Shown: positions 59,960 to 64,000 of the stretch, piece by piece
Layout of the letters: each line of letters starts with the position of its first letter
How positions within the stretch are numbered: position 1 is the first letter of the stretch
Source: Alloprevotella sp.
GTDB lineage: Bacteria; Bacillota; Clostridia; Oscillospirales; Oscillospiraceae
Length of the DNA stretch: 64,000 nt
Assembly (NCBI GenBank): GCA_963618155.1
Contig: CAVEQW010000036.1
Coordinates: 10,038-74,037 of the forward strand
Direction: 5' to 3'
Translations under genes and position numbers: made by a program
The notes under the pieces: generated by a model
Told to the model about the DNA's origin: nothing
The model's database searches: none
What the model saw: the letters and a program-made list of their open reading frames with translations, nothing else

Positions 59960-62713
59960 ATGAACGAAACTAACGCCATGCGCTCCGTGTCCAAGGACGA
60001 GCGCATCACACACAGCGTATGCGTCGGCGGGCCGATGACGCTGCACACCTACAACGGCGTGATCCGCCGCGTGCGCCCCATCGTGCTGACGGACGACGAC
60101 CCCGCCGCGTGGGTCATCAAGGCGCGCGGCAAGCAGTTCACGCCCCAGCGCAAGACGACGATGAGCCTGCTCGGCTACTGCGAGCGGGATAAGACCTATG
60201 CCTATGACCGGCTGAAGTACCCCATGATACGCGAGGACTTCGTGGAGACGCCGGACGGCAAGAACCGCAACACCGAAAACCGCGGCAAGTCCGGCTATCG
60301 CCGCGCCTCCTGGGATGAGGCGCTCAGCCTTGTCGCCCGCGAGATCAAGCGCCTGCAGAAGACCTATGGCAAGGAGACCATCACGGCCTGCACCTCCTCC
60401 CACCACTCATGGGGGCTTGTCGGCTATAAGATCTCCCTGTTCAAGCGCTTCTTCTCCATGATGGGTTATACCCGCATCGCGGACAACCCCGACTCATGGG
60501 AGGGCTTCCACTGGGGCACGCCGCACTCCTACGGCTACTACTGGCGGCTTGGCGGCCCCGAGCCCTACGATATGCTGGAGATGGCCATGCAGAACGCGGA
60601 GACCATTATCTGCTGGTCGACCGACCCCGACACGAGCCGCGGCGGCTACTCGGCGCAGGAGTCCGCCCTCTGGCGCTGGTGGATGAAGGAGTCCGGCATC
60701 CAGTTCATCTATATCGACCCGTTCAACAACTACACCTCCGTCAAGCAGGCGGACAAGTGGATCGGCCCGCGTATGGGCACGGACTCCGCCATTCTGGAGG
60801 CCATCGCCTATGTCTGGATAACGGAAGATTTGTACGACAAGGAATACGTCGCGCAGCACGGCCATCGCTTCGAGGAATTCAAGGCGCACATCCTTGGCCT
60901 CGGCCCCGACGGGACGGCCAAGACCCCGCACTGGGCGTCGGAGCTCTCGCTCGTGCCCGCCATGGACATCAAGGCCATTGCCCGCCGCTGGGCAAACTCC
61001 GTCACGACGGGCGGCTCCGGTATGCGCGGCGGCTTCGGCGGCGCCTGCCGCCACTCAAACGGTACGGAATATGCCCGCCTCATGACGCTGCTCTTCGCCA
61101 TGCAGGGCATGGGCAAGCCCGGCCGTGCCTTCTGGTCGCCGGCCTGCGGCGGTCCGATGAACTATAACTTCTGGTTCGGCGGCTACTCCGACCCGCTCTC
61201 CTCCATCGCCAACCCGCCGGTGTGCGACAACCCGCCGGTCAACAGCGTGGAGCAGGTGCTGTACCGTCCGAATCTGCCCGACGCGATTCTCGACGGGCAT
61301 TATGAATGGTACGGCGAGGGCTTCTGCGGCGGCGGCGTCGACCTCGAGTTCACGCGCCACGTCTACCCCATGCCGGGCTATAATAAGGTACACTGCTTCT
61401 GGCGCTACGGCGGCTCGTTCTTCGGCACTATGCTCGACACGAACAAGTGGGCGAAGATGTACAAGAGTCCGGAGCTGGAGTTCGTCATCAATCAGGACAT
61501 CTATATGACCCCCGAAACGCGCCATGCGGACGTGATCCTGCCCGCCTGCTCCAATCTGGAGCGCGTGGACATCGGCGAGGTCGGCAACTCCGGCAACGGC
61601 GGCTACTGCTCCCACTCCCAGACCGGCAACTCGTGGCAGGTCATCGTCTATCAGGACAAGGCCATCGAGCCGATGTGGGACTCCCGCTCCGACTTCTGGA
61701 TCTTCTCGCAGGTCGCGGCGCGCCTCGGCTGGGGCGAGGCATTCACCGAGGGACGCGACGAGGAGCAGTGGGCCAAGCGCTTCTGGCAGTTCTCCGACCT
61801 GCCCAAGCACATCAGCTGGGAGGATTTTAAGAAAAAGGGCTACTATATCCCGCCGGTCTCCTATCACGAGGAGGACAAGGACCCGGAGACGGGACTCTAT
61901 GAAAACTGGGATCGCTACCCCGGCTTCCAGTGGTTTGCGGAGAACCGCCCCTGCGACACGATGAACCATAAGATATTCCAGGAGGAGGGCAAGCTCGGTA
62001 CCTTCTCCGGTAAGTTCGAGTTTGTGTCCGAGTCGCTGGCCTACTGGGCGCCGGACGACGAGGCGCGCCGCCCCATCCCGAAGTATCAGGATTCGTGGGA
62101 GGGCTTCAAGTCCCTGTCGGCGGACAAATTCCCGTTCGGCCTCATCTCGCCGCACCCGCGCTTTGACTACCACACCCACTACCAGCAGCACGCAAAATGG
62201 CTCTGGGAAATACCGAAAAACCGCGTCATCATCAACGGCAACCCCTATCTCGTCTGCCATATCAATGTGAAGCTGGCGGAGCAGAAGGGCATCAAGGACG
62301 GCGATGTCGTCCGCCTCTTCAACGACCGCGGCAGCTGCCTCATGGTCGCCCGCGTGACCCGCCGCATCAACTATGAGACGATCCACGCCTATACCTCGTC
62401 CGGCATCTATAACCCCATCGACTACGGCACGGTCATGAGCACCGACAAGGGCGGCAGCATCAACGTCCTCGTCCCCGGCCGCCTGATCGGCGATTACGTC
62501 CCGGCGATGGCACCGTACAGCTGCAACATCGACATCGAAAAGAGCGAGCCTGACCCCAACTTCGGACAGGGCTTTGAGCACATCCTCGACGCGGTGGACA
62601 AGCAGCAGCTCGAGACGGAGCGCCCCATCCGCACCTCCATGCAGGCCGACAGGCTGTTCGGTGAGCGGGAGCAGTGGCTGCGTGAGCAGCTTGAACAAAA
62701 GGAGGCTGACTGA
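59960..62713 (+). CDS. Molybdopterin (bis-MGD) oxidoreductase, pyrogallol hydroxytransferase large-subunit-like
   Basis: 917 aa.
- It has no twin-arginine signal and no N-terminal CxxCxxxC Fe-S motif.
- Motifs recalled from the Pelobacter transhydroxylase alpha subunit: SSHHSWG, NPDSWEGFHWG, DKWIGPRMGTDSA, YDKEYVAQHGHRFEEF, MQGMGKPG.
- It has a C-terminal barrel domain (GDVVRLFNDRGS). Confidence 0.8.
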   Translation: MNETNAMRSVSKDERITHSVCVGGPMTLHTYNGVIRRVRPIVLTDDDPAAWVIKARGKQFTPQRKTTMSLLGYCERDKTYAYDRLKYPMIREDFVETPDGKNRNTENRGKSGYRRASWDEALSLVAREIKRLQKTYGKETITACTSSHHSWGLVGYKISLFKRFFSMMGYTRIADNPDSWEGFHWGTPHSYGYYWRLGGPEPYDMLEMAMQNAETIICWSTDPDTSRGGYSAQESALWRWWMKESGIQFIYIDPFNNYTSVKQADKWIGPRMGTDSAILEAIAYVWITEDLYDKEYVAQHGHRFEEFKAHILGLGPDGTAKTPHWASELSLVPAMDIKAIARRWANSVTTGGSGMRGGFGGACRHSNGTEYARLMTLLFAMQGMGKPGRAFWSPACGGPMNYNFWFGGYSDPLSSIANPPVCDNPPVNSVEQVLYRPNLPDAILDGHYEWYGEGFCGGGVDLEFTRHVYPMPGYNKVHCFWRYGGSFFGTMLDTNKWAKMYKSPELEFVINQDIYMTPETRHADVILPACSNLERVDIGEVGNSGNGGYCSHSQTGNSWQVIVYQDKAIEPMWDSRSDFWIFSQVAARLGWGEAFTEGRDEEQWAKRFWQFSDLPKHISWEDFKKKGYYIPPVSYHEEDKDPETGLYENWDRYPGFQWFAENRPCDTMNHKIFQEEGKLGTFSGKFEFVSESLAYWAPDDEARRPIPKYQDSWEGFKSLSADKFPFGLISPHPRFDYHTHYQQHAKWLWEIPKNRVIINGNPYLVCHINVKLAEQKGIKDGDVVRLFNDRGSCLMVARVTRRINYETIHAYTSSGIYNPIDYGTVMSTDKGGSINVLVPGRLIGDYVPAMAPYSCNIDIEKSEPDPNFGQGFEHILDAVDKQQLETERPIRTSMQADRLFGEREQWLREQLEQKEAD

Positions 62714-62714
62714 T

Positions 62715-63584
62715 ATGTGGAAAAAGCCGATGAAAAAACCGGGCATCGCCATCAACTCCGCCCGCTGCATGGCGTGCTACGCCTGCTTCATGGCCTGTAA
62801 GGACGAGCACTGCGGCTGGGACACGGCGCTGTCCAGGTCCGAGCCGGAGCTTGGCCAATACTGGATGAACATCGTTGAATGGGAGCGCGGCGACAACGAG
62901 CGCCGCATCAAGACGGCCACCGTGCCGACGCCCTGCTCCCACTGCGACAAGCCCGCCTGCCTCGCGGCGGCCAAGAACGGCGCGGTCTATAAGCGCCCGG
63001 ACGGCATTGTCATCATCGACCCGGAGAAGGCAAAGGGACAGAAGCAGATCGTGGATGCCTGCCCCGTGGGCGCGGTCTACTGGAACGAGCAGGAGCAGCT
63101 TCCGCAGAAGTGCACGATGTGCGCGGAGCTGCTGGACGACCCGGATTATCCCGGCTTTGAGCCGCGCTGCGTCGAGGCCTGCCCCAATCAGGCGCTGGTG
63201 TTCGGCGATCTCGCCGACCCCGACTCTGAGATAAGCCGTCTCATCGCGGCCAACAAGGTCACGCAGCTTGAATGCCTGGGCGACATGGGCTCCAGCGTGG
63301 TGCACCTCAACATCCCAAACGCCTTTCTGGCCGGAACGGTCGCCTATCCCAGGGAGCTGGAGGAGGTCTGCATCGGCGCGCACGTCGTCATAAGCTGCGC
63401 CGAGACGGGCGAGCGCCATGAGATGGACACGAACTGGGCGGGCGATTACGAGTTTGAGGATCTGCCCAAGGGCAAGAGCTGGACGGTCGAGATAAGCTAC
63501 CCCGGCTTCAAGCCGGTCGTCTACAACGATGAGCGCACCGACCACGACCACTATGTCGGCATAACCTATCTGGAAAAGGAATAA
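62715..63584 (+). CDS. 4Fe-4S ferredoxin-type beta subunit, pyrogallol hydroxytransferase small-subunit-like, with C-terminal beta-sandwich domain
   Basis: ATG 62715 lies 2 nt after the alpha stop. Cys clusters are CMACYACFMAC, CSHCDKPAC, CPVG, CTMC and CVEACP. DGIVIIDPEKAKGQK and YWNEQEQLPQKCTMCAELLDD match the recalled BthL subunit. The tail resembles a carboxypeptidase-regulatory-like fold. Confidence 0.8.
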   Translation: MWKKPMKKPGIAINSARCMACYACFMACKDEHCGWDTALSRSEPELGQYWMNIVEWERGDNERRIKTATVPTPCSHCDKPACLAAAKNGAVYKRPDGIVIIDPEKAKGQKQIVDACPVGAVYWNEQEQLPQKCTMCAELLDDPDYPGFEPRCVEACPNQALVFGDLADPDSEISRLIAANKVTQLECLGDMGSSVVHLNIPNAFLAGTVAYPRELEEVCIGAHVVISCAETGERHEMDTNWAGDYEFEDLPKGKSWTVEISYPGFKPVVYNDERTDHDHYVGITYLEKE

Positions 63585-63602
63585 ACACTGTGTTACAATA
63601 AA

Positions 63603-63630
63603 CAGGTATGCTCCTCTGCGGGCATACCTG
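63603..63630 (+). terminator. Possible terminator after the molybdoenzyme operon
   Basis: 9-bp stem caggtatgc/gcatacctg with a 10-nt loop, followed by cttatt (weak T-run). Confidence 0.45.
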
Positions 63631-63660
63631 CTTATTATACTATACTTTGGGAGCATACAA

Positions 63661-64000
63661 ATGAAGGATTCGACAAGGAAGCTATTGAGCCTGTGGGCGC
63701 GGCGGCTGCTGGTGTACTTCACGGGACTGTTTATTATGGCCATCGGCGTGGTGTTCTCCGTGCGCTCGGCGCTGGGCGTGAGCCCCGTGACCTGCCTCGC
63801 CAACGTGATGTGCCAGATCACGGCAGCCGACCTCGGCCTCTGCACAACGCTCAGCTACTGCTTCTACATACTGGTGGAGGCGCTGCTCCTGCGACGCGAT
63901 TTTCAGCCGAAAATGCTGCTGCAGATACTGGCCTCGACCTTTTTCGGCGTGCTCGTGTCGCTGGCGACACGGCTTTTCTCGTTCCTGCCCGCACCGACAA
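63661..64000 (+). CDS. Membrane protein (YczE/DUF6198-like), 5' part only; runs off the window
   Basis: It is not in the ORF track because no stop is reached. My translation is MKDSTRKLLSLWARRLLVYFTGLFIMAIGVVFSVRSALGVSPVTCLANVM..., with multiple TM helices. RBS is ttgggag. Confidence 0.55.
   Translation, partial: MKDSTRKLLSLWARRLLVYFTGLFIMAIGVVFSVRSALGVSPVTCLANVMCQITAADLGLCTTLSYCFYILVEALLLRRDFQPKMLLQILASTFFGVLVSLATRLFSFLPAPT

Noticed and set aside
1-64000. CRISPR arrays, cas genes, transposases, integrases, prophage or conjugation genes.
   Set aside because: No regularly spaced repeat array was found, and no ORF shows recombinase, transposase or phage structural motifs. The only mobile-looking items are the non-coding repeats reported separately.

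Overview
GC-rich chromosomal segment that looks like a spore-forming, high-GC Clostridia genome, possibly Oscillospiraceae or Ruminococcaceae. That placement rests only on spoIVB, Firmicutes gene order and a recalled intergenic repeat type. Coding density is high. Most long ORFs in the six-frame track are Arg/Ala/Gly/Pro-rich antisense shadows of real genes.

First ~25 kb (core housekeeping):
- hom-lysC.
- A membrane protein combining a dead half-kinase with two lectin-like domains.
- A PrsA-like foldase.
- tRNA-Tyr and tRNA-Thr.
- miaB-mutS on the minus strand, facing a long plus-strand run: mutL, a small ORF, miaA, hfq, a HlyD-like protein, yggS, sepF, divIVA, ileS, lspA, rluD, a lipoprotein, lysA.

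Remaining ~39 kb (accessory and metabolic):
- A ~12-kb one-strand block joining an Opp/Dpp-type ABC importer to a fumarate-reductase-family flavoprotein and two tandem 2-enoate-reductase/BaiH-like enzymes.
- spoIVB, an SDR and an aldose epimerase.
- A sugar ABC operon.
- An orphan CopZ-like gene.
- coaX with an ECF S-component.
- A split transketolase with a GHMP kinase.
- pncB and a CoA-transferase.
- A LysR regulator with a third enoate-reductase paralog.

Best candidate for something undescribed: a LysR-divergent operon at ~57.8-63.6 kb. Five tightly coupled small ORFs of unknown function, one a Nudix fold with a decayed catalytic box, are fused upstream of a pyrogallol-phloroglucinol-transhydroxylase-like Mo/Fe-S enzyme pair.

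Other points of note:
- A ~90-nt intergenic repeat family occurs twice. One copy sits between a perfect 33-bp duplicated hairpin.
- The miaB-mutS block appears inverted relative to the usual gene order.
- Several phased direct repeats and palindromes lie in promoter regions.

No CRISPR array, transposase, integrase or prophage was seen. All family assignments come from motif recognition by eye. No database search was run.
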